Counted from the first letter of the stretch, positions 48,972 to 58,609 are shown. The stretch is DNA of 64,000 bases from Ktedonobacteraceae bacterium (GCA_035294305.1 DATGLD010000036.1:8244-72243), one strand, 5' to 3'. Program-made: numbers and translations. Notes: generated by a model not told the origin, from the letters alone.

Positions 48972-49865
48972 TTACTCAGCAAGTAAGTTTTGCGCAGGAG
49001 AAAAACAGGCAGAGAAGATGCCAGACAGCCACACGAGGGCCTCTGGATAGTGCTGGCAATCGAGGATAAATTCCTGTCCCTGCGCGACGGTCTTTAACAA
49101 GGCATAATCCTGTTCAAGCCTCCATTGGCTCAGCTTCGCATGATAAGTAAGGCCCGATTCTTTCCCCTCAGGATAAAACCATGACGGCAACCGCCATATA
49201 CTTCTGGACATGTCCTCAGCAGTCAGGCACAGTATAGGATGAAAGCCTGGAAAAATACCTGCTCCTGGTAAATCAACGCCTATCCCTGGAAATTGCAGGC
49301 GATCAGTCGCAATGTAGAGCGAATCGAGGTTGGAACGTTGCTTGCGTATACAATGCGCGTGCTCTAAAGCCCACGCAGGGATCTCCGAGCGGTTCTGTAC
49401 GGGGATGCGCCGTTCGATTTGCAGCCAGCCGAATATGACATGTTGATCAGGAGCACTTTTCACGTAGCGAAAGGCGCCATGATGTAGCTCGACTCGTTTG
49501 AACCAGCCATAGAAAAGGAAGATATCCCCGGCTTTTACATGATGATTTTGCAGGTGACTTTCCGCTGCATTCGCCTGCCCAAAAATGGGCTTCCAACCGG
49601 GCAGCCGGGGAATGCTTCCGGCATGTAGATCAGGATCAAGGTGCGCACTCTCTCCCGGATTGATACGGCCTTTTGTGAGATCATGAACAATTACGTCCAG
49701 ATGCAGGTCACCAAACTTGATGTCTTCATAACGCCTTGAGAGATAACCAGGAACGCTTTCAGGTATCGGTAATGAGCAAAGTTCTCCAGCAGGAAGAATG
49801 GGACTGGGCACTTTTCCAATGCTCGAATCAAAACCTTTACGGCTGAGGATGATCTTCAATGTCAT
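48972..49865 (-). CDS. conserved hypothetical protein, possibly Nmad3-like
   Basis: 297-aa ORF starting MTLKIILSRKGFDSSIGKVPSPILP. Central segment GDIFLFYGWF...HVIFGWLQI looks like a small beta-barrel. I recall this N-terminal motif from proteins annotated as an Nmad3 putative nucleotide-modification family; this is unverified. Confidence 0.6.
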   Translation of the reverse strand: MTLKIILSRKGFDSSIGKVPSPILPAGELCSLPIPESVPGYLSRRYEDIKFGDLHLDVIVHDLTKGRINPGESAHLDPDLHAGSIPRLPGWKPIFGQANAAESHLQNHHVKAGDIFLFYGWFKRVELHHGAFRYVKSAPDQHVIFGWLQIERRIPVQNRSEIPAWALEHAHCIRKQRSNLDSLYIATDRLQFPGIGVDLPGAGIFPGFHPILCLTAEDMSRSIWRLPSWFYPEGKESGLTYHAKLSQWRLEQDYALLKTVAQGQEFILDCQHYPEALVWLSGIFSACFSPAQNLLAE

Positions 49866-50433
49866 GCTCCCCAGCCAGACACTCGATTTCCGCTACTACG
49901 CGATCCAATTCATCGACCAAGGGCGTCGTGCCAGCGTTGCGCAACGCGTCAACTGCCGCACGGTAGTACCAGACCGTTCCCTCTTTCCCTCCATTGAAGC
50001 GCTTCCAGAGAGCTTCTCCCATGACGCGGTAATCCTCGAGGACAGCGCGGGCGTTATGCAATTTATCGGCGGCGGAAACCAGGCGTACAGAGGCCGGAGC
50101 GTTGCCGATATGAGCCAGATAAGCCTCCTTGCGTTGCCGCCAGGGTGGTTTCGGAAACACATCGGTATCCGTGCAGCCATCGACGATCTGCACGACATTC
50201 TCGCCGAAACGCCGGCGAATCGCTTCACGAGTGGATGCCCCGCCCTGATCCTCGATTGAGTCATGTAGGAGCGCGGCAATCGCCTCGTCCTCGCCGCCGC
50301 CATGTTCAAGGACAAGCGCGGTAACCGCCAGCAAATGCGAAATATAGGGTATAGGTGTGCCCTTGCGCGTCTGTTCAGCATGCAGCCGCGTCGCAAAGAC
50401 TAACGCTTCCTCAAAACGTGCTGAAAGTGTCAT
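49837..50433 (-). CDS. stand-alone RSH-type HD hydrolase (small alarmone hydrolase-like)
   Basis: RLHAEQTRKGTPIPYISHLLAVTALV...AIAALLHDSIED...FGENVVQIVDGCTD...VSAADKLHNAR matches the RelA/SpoT hydrolase (HD_4) motif order. No synthetase domain. Confidence 0.8.
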   Translation of the reverse strand: MTLSARFEEALVFATRLHAEQTRKGTPIPYISHLLAVTALVLEHGGGEDEAIAALLHDSIEDQGGASTREAIRRRFGENVVQIVDGCTDTDVFPKPPWRQRKEAYLAHIGNAPASVRLVSAADKLHNARAVLEDYRVMGEALWKRFNGGKEGTVWYYRAAVDALRNAGTTPLVDELDRVVAEIECLAGEHDIEDHPQP

Positions 50434-50517
50434 GCCGCCAACCTCTATCTATTCTTTGATGCCGGAATTATAGCATACTTCTCCTTGTTGGAAGAGATAA
50501 CCAATCCCTTTTGGGCA

Positions 50518-50546
50518 TTGACATGCTGATTTCTGGCTGCTATACA
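50518..50546 (+). promoter_or_regulatory. sigma-70-like promoter TTGACA-17 nt-TATACA for the VOC gene
   Basis: Consensus -35 at 50518-50523, a 17-nt spacer, and TATACA at 50541-50546. Lies 55 nt upstream of ATG 50602. Confidence 0.45.
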
Positions 50547-50601
50547 AGCTACTATACAGTGCTTATTTCTACCAGCTTATACAGATAGGGGAGCTCCATC
50601 T

Positions 50602-51063
50602 ATGCACTACACTACAAAAATTGGCCACGCGCACCTGAAAGTGCGCAACTTACAGCGTTCCATCGATTTCTATACACGATTTTTGGGATTACGTGTAACG
50701 GAGCAGGTGGGAAACGCCTATGTATTCCTGACCGGCGGTGCGTTCCATCACGAAATTGCCTTACAAAACGTAGGCTCCAACGCGCCACAGCCTCCCTCGC
50801 ACGGAACAGGATTATATCATGTCGCCTTCGAGGTGCCGGATAAACGCTCATTCGCGGCAGCATACCGCGCTCTCAAAGAGGCCGTCATTCCGGTAGCTCC
50901 TGTCGATCACTACATCAGCTGGGCGATGTATTTTGATGATCCTGATGGCAACGGCCTGGAAATTTATTGGGATACGCGCAGCGAACCGGGCGGGCGCGAG
51001 CTCTGGCATGGAGAGAACATCTCGCTACCGGAAGAAAAGATACTCGCAGCCCTGCAGCAATAA
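50602..51063 (+). CDS. VOC-family (glyoxalase/extradiol dioxygenase-like) protein
   Basis: IGHAHLKVRNLQRSIDFY, YHVAFEV and DPDGNGLEIY. Confidence 0.85.
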   Translation: MHYTTKIGHAHLKVRNLQRSIDFYTRFLGLRVTEQVGNAYVFLTGGAFHHEIALQNVGSNAPQPPSHGTGLYHVAFEVPDKRSFAAAYRALKEAVIPVAPVDHYISWAMYFDDPDGNGLEIYWDTRSEPGGRELWHGENISLPEEKILAALQQ

Positions 51064-51089
51064 GCAGGAGAAGCTTTCGATCCATCCCA

Positions 51090-51323
51090 TCAGCCAGAAA
51101 ACTCGTCGTCACGAAAATCTGCCGGGTCGACAAACAATTGGACGTAGCCACATTGTGTACAGACGAGCGGAATCGTTACAGAACCCATGATATGATGTTT
51201 CTTCGAAATAATGTGCGTGTAGGCATTATTGGCGAACCTGGACCAGGTACGGAATTCCGCACTCGCGCCGCATACTGGGCATGGCTGTAATGGTATACTC
51301 AAGTTCTCATTGTTCTGGCTCAA
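51090..51323 (-). CDS. small zinc-ribbon protein
   Basis: 77 aa with CPVCG...CTQCG, a four-Cys ribbon. Confidence 0.5.
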   Translation of the reverse strand: MSQNNENLSIPLQPCPVCGASAEFRTWSRFANNAYTHIISKKHHIMGSVTIPLVCTQCGYVQLFVDPADFRDDEFSG

Positions 51324-51525
51324 TGCTGTCCTCCGGTACTACAATATCCAATGAATCACCCTGGTGGTTTTGTAACATTATATACTAATATGAGGCACGC
51401 CTGCACGCTACTTTTGCATGCTACCTTCTCTCAAGATAGCACGTGATTGAAGTAACAGTAAAATTGGCATTGCTTACTACTTACCAGCGGGCGATAGCCA
51501 GAACAACATAGGAGCATTCTTAATC

Positions 51526-52170
51526 ATGAAAAAACCAAAGGCCATTCTCTTCGACCTGGATGGGGTCCTCACCGATACTTCGGAATACCATTATCGAGCA
51601 TGGAAACGGCTGGCGGATGAAGAGGGGATTCCTTTCACGCGCGAGGAAAACGATGAACACCTGCGCGGCGTGAGCCGGCGCGAGTCGTTAATGTATATCA
51701 TTCGCGGTCGCCAATACTCTGAAAACCAGATTCAGGAGATGATGGACCGTAAGAACAGGTATTACAACGATATGATCAAGTATATGACGCCAAACGACCT
51801 GGTAGCAGGAGGCAGAAAGTTGTTGCAAGAGATCCGGGATGCTGGAATCAAAATCGCGATTGCTTCAGGCAGCAAAAACTCTCACACGGTACTCGAACGC
51901 CTGGACATTATGGGATATCTCGATGGCGTATCCGATGGTTACTGCGTTGTAAATAGCAAACCCGCGCCCGATCTTTTTGTTTTCGCAGCAGGTCTTGTTA
52001 ATGTTCCCACGGTCGATTGCCTGGGCGTCGAGGACGCGGACGCGGGTATCGAGGCCATTAAGACCGCGGGCATGCAGGCGCTCGGTATTGGACCGGAGGA
52101 ACGATTCCACCGGGCAGATAAGGTGATGCCTACGCTTGCTAACAAGAGCCTGGAAGATCTATTGGCATAG
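51526..52170 (+). CDS. pgmB: beta-phosphoglucomutase
   Basis: HAD motif I ILFDLDGVLTDT and motif IV GVEDADAGIEA. Directly upstream of a GH65 phosphorylase. Confidence 0.9.
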   Translation: MKKPKAILFDLDGVLTDTSEYHYRAWKRLADEEGIPFTREENDEHLRGVSRRESLMYIIRGRQYSENQIQEMMDRKNRYYNDMIKYMTPNDLVAGGRKLLQEIRDAGIKIAIASGSKNSHTVLERLDIMGYLDGVSDGYCVVNSKPAPDLFVFAAGLVNVPTVDCLGVEDADAGIEAIKTAGMQALGIGPEERFHRADKVMPTLANKSLEDLLA

Positions 52171-52198
52171 TTGAATATACCTGCGGAAGGGGCTATTT

Positions 52199-54451
52199 GT
52201 GAACGTCTGGCAAATACAACAGGATAGATTTGACCCCAAAAAGCTCAACGCTGACGAAACCATTTATACGATAGGCAATGGTTATTTCGCCACGCGCGGT
52301 TCCTTCGAAGAAGGTTACCTTGGAGCAACACCTGCCACACTGCTCTATGGAGTGTTCGACACTCTCCCTATCGGAAAAGAGGAACTGGCGAATGTTCCCG
52401 ATTGGCTGCGCATCGTACTTTTTGTCAACGATGAGCGCTTCCGGCTGGATAGAGGAAAAATCCTCGAATTTTCTCGCGCGCTCGATCTGCGGAACGGAGT
52501 TCTTACCCGCCACGTACGCTGGGAGAGCCCTTCCGGGATTCGCATCAAATTTGATATAGAGCGCTTCGCAAGCCTGGAGGACGAGCATGTGGGAGCAATT
52601 CGCTACAGCGCCACTATTGAGCAACTACCGGAGGGTATGGTAGAAGCTAACGTTACTGTACGCGCGTCCCTCAATACTGCCGTCGGCAACCACGACATAT
52701 TGCACTGGGAAACTATCGATCAGGGTCACGATGGCAATTTGATCTGGCTATACAGCCAGACGCGCCATTCGCATGTACGGCTCGTCCAGGCCATGAGCTT
52801 CGATACTACAACACCTGGTTTTCACAAAAACCTTATTGAATCCGACATCGCCCCGGCCATCCATCTTGGGGGCTGCCTATCAACAGGTGAGACGATCACA
52901 GCGGAAAAGATTGTGGTGATGTATACTTCTCGCGATGTATCGGACCTGCTCCCTATAGCAATGAAGCATATACACCAGATTCTCAAGACGAGTGATGCCA
53001 CGGGGCATGGAACGGAGATTGCTGTGGCAGACACGCAAAGCCAGGCGGCAACACAGGATAAAAAGATCGATCCTTACCTGTCCTTACGCGCAAAAAACGA
53101 CGAAGCCTGGCAAAAATACTGGCAGCAGTCGGACATTATCATTGAAGGAGACGATAAGGCACAGCAGGCCATCCACTACAATATTTATCAGCTGCGCATC
53201 AGCGTGGCACCAGATGATAGTCGTTACAGCATTGCGGCGAAAGGTCTGACCGGTTTTGGCTATCGTGGCCACGTCTTCCACGATACCGAGATCTTCATGC
53301 TGCCTTACTACATCTATGAACACCCAGACATAGCGCGCAATCTGCTGCTTTACCGTTACCGTTTGCTACCTGCTGCCCGGGCCAAGGCCGAGCATAACGG
53401 CTATCAGGGCGCTCAATATCCCTGGGAAAGCACGCTTGATGGGCAAGAAGCAACGCCTATATCTATTGTACACCCGGAAAGTGGTGAGCTTATCCCGGTA
53501 TTGAACGGCCACATAGAAATACATATCACCGCCAGCGTTGCCTTTGCTACCTGGCACTACTGGTTTGTTTCAGGCGATGATGAGTTCATGCGAGATTATG
53601 GTGCCGAAATACTGCTTAATACGGCAAAATTTTGGGGCAGCCGGGCAAGCTATAATGCCGAACGCGACGATTACGAAATCAATGACGTGATTGGCCCCGA
53701 CGAGTGGCATGAGCATGTCAACAATAATGTCTATACGAACTACATGGCAAAGTGGAACATCCAGACGGCTATAGATGTTCTGCACTGGCTGCGCAAAACC
53801 AGCCCCAGCAAAGAGCGTGAGATGGAGCGCAAGCTCGATTTAACCGGTGAGCGCCTTACCCATTGGCGTGAGGTTGCTGAAAAGATGCGCATTCCGCAAA
53901 ATGAACAGACGCACGTCTTCGAGCAATTCGATGGCTTCTTCGACCTGGAGCATCTCGACCAGCAGGATTACAGGGGCCGCACCGCCTCCTACCAGGCGAT
54001 TCTCGGCGTGAAGCCGGTGCAGCAATACCAGATCATCAAGCAGGCCGATGTGTTGATGATGCTGACGCTCTTGCGCGACCACTTCGACCTGGATACCAAG
54101 CGAGCAAACTGGGAGTACTACTATCCCATTACCGACCATGATTACGGTTCCTCGCTCACTCCGGCACTGCATGTGATCCTGGCCTGCGAATTAGGCTATG
54201 TCGACACAGCCTACAATCTCTTCATGAAAGGAGCCCTGGTTGATCTGGAGAATCCGCGCGGCAACAGCGCCGAGGGCATTCACCTGGCATGCTGTGGCGC
54301 GGTCTGGCAAGCCACCGTCTTCGGCTTTGCCGGGCTCACCGTAACAGACGAAGGCTATACGACCAATCCATGCCTGCCCGAACACTGGACACGCCTGGCG
54401 TTCAAGTTCCTACGCCGGGGCGAAGAGCATTTCGTCGACTTACGCCGCTAG
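52199..54451 (+). CDS. GH65 disaccharide phosphorylase (maltose/kojibiose/trehalose type)
   Basis: N-terminus YTIGNGYFATRGSFEE, catalytic-acid region GYRGHVFHDTEIFMLPY, and C-terminus GIHLACCGAVWQ. Confidence 0.9.
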   Translation: MNVWQIQQDRFDPKKLNADETIYTIGNGYFATRGSFEEGYLGATPATLLYGVFDTLPIGKEELANVPDWLRIVLFVNDERFRLDRGKILEFSRALDLRNGVLTRHVRWESPSGIRIKFDIERFASLEDEHVGAIRYSATIEQLPEGMVEANVTVRASLNTAVGNHDILHWETIDQGHDGNLIWLYSQTRHSHVRLVQAMSFDTTTPGFHKNLIESDIAPAIHLGGCLSTGETITAEKIVVMYTSRDVSDLLPIAMKHIHQILKTSDATGHGTEIAVADTQSQAATQDKKIDPYLSLRAKNDEAWQKYWQQSDIIIEGDDKAQQAIHYNIYQLRISVAPDDSRYSIAAKGLTGFGYRGHVFHDTEIFMLPYYIYEHPDIARNLLLYRYRLLPAARAKAEHNGYQGAQYPWESTLDGQEATPISIVHPESGELIPVLNGHIEIHITASVAFATWHYWFVSGDDEFMRDYGAEILLNTAKFWGSRASYNAERDDYEINDVIGPDEWHEHVNNNVYTNYMAKWNIQTAIDVLHWLRKTSPSKEREMERKLDLTGERLTHWREVAEKMRIPQNEQTHVFEQFDGFFDLEHLDQQDYRGRTASYQAILGVKPVQQYQIIKQADVLMMLTLLRDHFDLDTKRANWEYYYPITDHDYGSSLTPALHVILACELGYVDTAYNLFMKGALVDLENPRGNSAEGIHLACCGAVWQATVFGFAGLTVTDEGYTTNPCLPEHWTRLAFKFLRRGEEHFVDLRR

Positions 54452-54455
54452 CTTC

Positions 54456-54494
54456 CCCTGGCGCCGGCAAGGCTACTCGTTGCCGGCGCCAGGG
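54456..54494 (+). terminator. perfect 15-bp stem hairpin right after the GH65 stop
   Basis: CCCTGGCGCCGGCAA-ggctactcg-TTGCCGGCGCCAGGG, starting 5 nt after TAG 54449-54451. No U-tract. Confidence 0.5.
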
Positions 54495-54514
54495 ATGTTC
54501 AACACTTTCAACCA

Positions 54515-54653
54515 CATTTTCTGCCATCCACTCATAACTCGGGGTGCAGGGGTTTCACCCCTGCCGGGGTGCGGGGTGTCCCCGCTTGCTTCCCCTCCCG
54601 TCCTGACGGGCCATAGGCCCGCTGAAAGAATTATGAGTGGATGGCAGACATTT
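54515..54653. mobile_element. MITE-like element: perfect 18-bp terminal inverted repeats, GC-rich multi-hairpin core, 5-bp CATTT flanking direct repeat
   Basis: TCTGCCATCCACTCATAA (54520-54537) is the exact reverse complement of TTATGAGTGGATGGCAGA (54631-54648). CATTT is present at 54515-54519 and 54649-54653. The 93-bp core holds 3-4 short GC hairpins. Confidence 0.45.
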
Positions 54654-54657
54654 TCTA

Positions 54658-54686
54658 TTGACAAGTAGGGCGGTTAGGGGTATTAT
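54658..54686 (+). promoter_or_regulatory. sigma-70 promoter TTGACA-17 nt-TATTAT for tRNA-Glu
   Basis: Consensus -35 at 54658-54663, an exact 17-nt spacer, and -10 TATTAT at 54681-54686. Ends 23 nt upstream of the tRNA 5' end. Confidence 0.65.
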
Positions 54687-54709
54687 AGGCTCACGAGCAC
54701 GTAGGACTT

Positions 54710-54783
54710 GGCGCATTCGTCTAGTGGTCCAGGACGCCGCCCTCTCAAGGCGGAGATCACGGGTTCGACTCCCGTATGCGCTA
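54710..54783 (+). tRNA. tRNA-Glu (anticodon CUC); CCA not encoded
   Basis: Hand-folded cloverleaf. Acceptor GGCGCAT/ATGCGCT (G1-U72), D arm GTCT-AGTGGTCCA-GGAC, anticodon arm CCGCC-CTCTCAA-GGCGG, T arm ACGGG-TTCGACT-CCCGT. Strong resemblance to bacterial tRNA-Glu. Confidence 0.9.
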
Positions 54784-54802
54784 CCCATCAGCAAACGGCA
54801 CC

Positions 54803-54845
54803 GTCCCAGGCCGCTTCTCAACTGGCCTGGGACGTCTCGTTTCTC
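54803..54845 (+). terminator. intrinsic terminator-like hairpin after the tRNA
   Basis: GTCCCAGGCC-gcttctcaact-GGCCTGGGAC, followed by the T-rich GTCTCGTTTCT. Confidence 0.55.
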
Positions 54846-55050
54846 AGCACTTCCCGCAAAATGTAGCAACTGTGTAGCAACAGGGTTTGGTTTCACTTTT
54901 TCAGCTCCTGTTCTTCTCATTATCCTCTCGCCTGACCAGCGCCTCATTGAGCTTGCTCATGGCCTCCTCTTGTAGACCTGGAAGTAAGTATACTGGTCCC
55001 AGATTGCCAATCTGGCTCGCTCCAGCTATTATTATCAGCCAGTAGGAGTG

Positions 55051-55161
55051 GATGAGGAGGATCTGCCCTTGATGAGATTACTGGACGAGCAATACACGCG
55101 GACGCCGTTTTATGGCACCCGCAAAATGACCGCCTGGTTGCATACCCAAGGGTATGAATGA
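55051..55161 (+). mobile_element. IS3-family transposase (OrfB N-terminal HTH_21 region) fragment
   Basis: Translation DEEDLPLMRLLDEQYTRTPFYGTRKMTAWLHTQGYE* matches the conserved ...DEQY..TPFYG.R.M.AWL...G... segment of IS3 OrfB. It then stops. No DDE domain or inverted repeats were found. Confidence 0.6.
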
Positions 55162-56009
55162 GGCAGCGCCGGGACAAAGAGAAGAACGGCACCTCTCTGA
55201 TATAGCTGAGTTTTATCTTAAATTGAGTTTTATCTTAAATAGGGCTCTTTTCTGTCCTGACCGATGGGACCACCATTGGAGGTTTTGTTTCTTGCTGCAA
55301 CCTCTATCCACGTTTTCTGCAAGGACTCATCTAGCTTCAACGAGCGACTAATGGCTTCGATCTGCTTCACACGGGCTTCGGGTTGATTACCACCCAGCAA
55401 CATGGCTCCGGCGGTTTATAACCCTAGGGCAATAACACTCGTCGCACTGCGCTTTCAACTTCCCGCAGGAGGTGAGCCACTAGATGAGTTGTGCTTTCAA
55501 GTCCCTGCGGCTTCATCATTAGATAGCAGGCTTCTCGGTAGAACGTAGCTGGCCCCGGCCCCAGTAGCCGGAGTTTCGTATATAGCTGCTTTTGTCTTGG
55601 TGTTTGAAAACGAAAAAGTTCTTTAGGTGATTGTTCCTATGAATAGTATTCCATCCCACATTCCTTCTACCGCATCTTCTTTTGAACGCCGCTCTACCTC
55701 AAGCGATCATACCGAGCAAACAATCTATGACTTCGTCAACCCAGGAAAGGTGCGCATGCTATTGAAGAAAGTATAAAGGGTAACATGATGGTGTGTAAAG
55801 CATTTGGTAAACACTAGCCAGTCTGTACTCTTTCCTTAATCTCTTGCGTTTCTCGCTAGAATACGCTACACTGAAGCCGTTCCATCTGGAACTGCATATT
55901 TCCACTTTCGCACTACATAGGTAGAAGAGTGGTGTAGCAACCGTTGTATTGGTGGGCAGTTGAGCGTGGAAGGGAGTATCTACTGCGGTACTGGAAAGAG
56001 GTTGGGCTG

Positions 56010-58609
56010 ATGGCGTCCCTGGAAGAACTGGTCCCCGGCGCGCAGGTCAGAGGGCTGCTGCCTGCCGCTACCGTGAGTATTGTCAGCACGAGGCAGCACG
56101 GCTCCGTTGGCGTGGAAGTGGTGTACCGGGATGCTGACGGGCGGCTGGGCAGCGAACTGCTGTACCAGGATGTCATCGCCGGTCTGGAGATTGTGCCCGC
56201 CGATCTGCCCTGGCGCTTCGATGCTGATGGCGCGCTCTTCCGGCTCGCCTCCGAAGCGTACCGTATCCGCCTGGCGTACCTCTTCGACCCCCTCATCGCC
56301 GTGCATACGTCGTTGATTGAGCCACTACCACACCAGATCACTGCCGTCTACGAGACGATGCTGGCGAAGCAGCCGCTGCGCTACCTGCTGGCCGATGATC
56401 CAGGCGCGGGCAAAACGATTATGACCGGCCTGCTCATCAAAGAACTGCTCATTCGCGGCGACCTGCGGCGCTGCCTGATTGTCGCTCCCGGCAACCTCGT
56501 GGAGCAGTGGCAGGACGAACTGGCCCGCCGCTTCCACCTGGCCTTCGCTATCCTGACCAATGACCGGCTGGAAGCCTCCGTCTCCGGCAATGCCTTCCAG
56601 GAGATGCCGTTGTGCATCGCTCGCCTCGATAAGCTCTCGCGCAGTGAGGCCGCGCAGGAAATACTGCGGCAGACCGAGTGGGACCTTGTCGTGGTTGATG
56701 AGGCCCATAAGATGTCGGCCACCTTCGCTGGCGGTGAGCCGAAGTATACGAAACGCTACCACCTGGGCGAACTGCTCGGCACACTCACGCGCCACCTGCT
56801 GCTGCTCACGGCTACCCCGCATAACGGCAAAGAAGAGGATTTTCAACTCTTCCTGCGCCTGCTCGATGCCGACCGCTTTGAGGGACGGTTCCGTGAAGGC
56901 GTCCACACCGTTGATGCCTCTGACCTCATGCGCCACCTCGTCAAAGAGCAGCTCTACACCTTCGAGGGCAGGCCGCTCTTTCCCGAACGCTATGCCTACA
57001 GCGTCACCTACCGCCTCTCGCCACAGGAAACTACGCTCTATCAGGCTGTGACCGCCTATGTGCGCGCCGAGTTCAATCGCGCTGATGCCTTAGAGAAGGC
57101 GCGCAGGGGTACCATCGGCTTTGCCCTCACCACCTTGCAGCGCCGCCTGGCCTCATCGCCGGAAGCCATCTATCAATCCCTGCGGCGCAGGCGCGAACGG
57201 CTGGAGCGCCGCTTACAGGAGACAAAGCAGGCTCAACAGCAGAACGCCCAGACCCCAATTGAACTGCTCGCCGACCTGCCATCCTTTGATGAAGACGATC
57301 TCGACGACCTGGAGGACGCGCCGGATGCCGAGCGCGAGGCAACGGAAGAGCAGGTCGTCGATCAGGCAACGGCGGCCCGCACCATCGCCGAACTGGAGGC
57401 CGAAATTGCCACGCTGACCGGGCTGGAGACGCTGGCCCTACAGGTACGGCGCAGTGGGACGGATCGCAAATGGGAGGAACTGACCAGCCTGCTTGAACAG
57501 CAAACGGAGATGTTCGACGAGGCAAGACAGCGCCGCAAGCTGGTAATCTTCACCGAACACCGCGATACCCTCAATTACCTGGCCGGGCGCATCCGTACCC
57601 TGCTTGGTCGCGGCGAGGCGGTTGTTACCATTCACGGCGGTATGAGCCGCGTCGAACGCGCTGCCGCCCAGGAAGCCTTCACGCAGGACAAAGAGACGCT
57701 CATCCTGCTGGCAACCGACGCCGCCGGAGAGGGCATTAACTTGCAGCGCGCTCACCTCATGGTCAACTACGACCTGCCCTGGAACCCCAATCGCATCGAG
57801 CAGCGTTTCGGGCGCATTCACCGTATCGGGCAAACAGAGGTCTGCCACCTGTGGAACCTCGTCGCCGCTGATACACGCGAAGGTGAAGTCTTCGACACGC
57901 CGCTGCGCAAACTGGCGGAAGAGCGCGAGGCGCTGGGCGGGCAGGTCTTCGATGTGCTGGGCAACGACAAACTGTTTGAAGATCGCTCTCTGCGCGAACT
58001 GATCGTGGAGGCCATTCGCTACGGCGAGCAGCCTGCCGTGCGCGACCGCCTCTTCCGTGTCGTTGACCGGGCGCTAGATCGCGACCACTTGCAGGCCCTG
58101 CTGGAAGAGCGCGCCCTGACGCACGAGGTGATGGATGTGGTGCGCGTGCGGCAGATCCGCGAGGAGATGGAGCGAGCGCAGGCGCGTCGCTTGCAGCCGC
58201 ACTACATCGCCTCCTTCTTTCTGGAAGCCTTTCGACGCCTGGGCGGTAGCGATATGAGATCACCAACGTACCCGCCGCCATTCGCCAGCGTTTGCCCCGT
58301 CACGATAGCCGGGCGGTCATCTTGCGCCGCTACGAGCGCGTTGTCTTTGAGAAGGAGCGCGTCTCCGTCGCGGGCAAACCTCCTGCTGTCTTGATTGCCC
58401 CCGGCCATCCCCTGCTGGATGCCACGCTCGACCTGGTGCTGGAGCAGCAGCGCGACCTGCTGAAACAGGGGACCATACTCGTGGACCCGACTGATGCGAG
58501 CGAACACATGCGCGTGCTGTTCTCTCTGGAAGAGACCGTCCAGGATGCCAGTCACGACAGCGCGGGCAAGCGCCACGAAGTCTCGCGCCAGTTGCACTTT
58601 ATCGACTGA
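56010..58609 (+). pseudogene. SNF2-family helicase (RapA/DrmD-like), frameshifted near 58245 and 3'-truncated
   Basis: Motif I LADDPGAGKTIMTG, motif II VVVDEAHK, helicase-C LLATDAAGEGINLQ and FGRIHRIGQ. The reading frame switches from frame 3 to frame 2 between ...FRRLGGS and RYEITNVPAAIRQR. The ORF ends at 58609, where an unrelated NB-ARC frame begins. Confidence 0.8.

Noticed and set aside
54540-54585. GC-rich direct repeat CGGGGTGC(A/G)GGG, considered as a mini CRISPR or tandem array.
   Set aside because: There are only two copies, with no regular spacers, and they are embedded in the MITE-like element. No cas genes occur in the window.
54473-54668. 62-63-aa ORFs on both strands across 54473-54668.
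   Set aside because: They span the terminator hairpin and the GC-rich MITE-like element. The translations are Gly/Pro/Arg runs produced by the repeats, and no RBS is present.
54784-55940. An integrated prophage or integrative element at the tRNA-Glu 3' end.
   Set aside because: No integrase, no duplication of the tRNA 3' segment, and no phage structural genes. Only fragments are present, so I treat the region as a decayed hotspot rather than an element.
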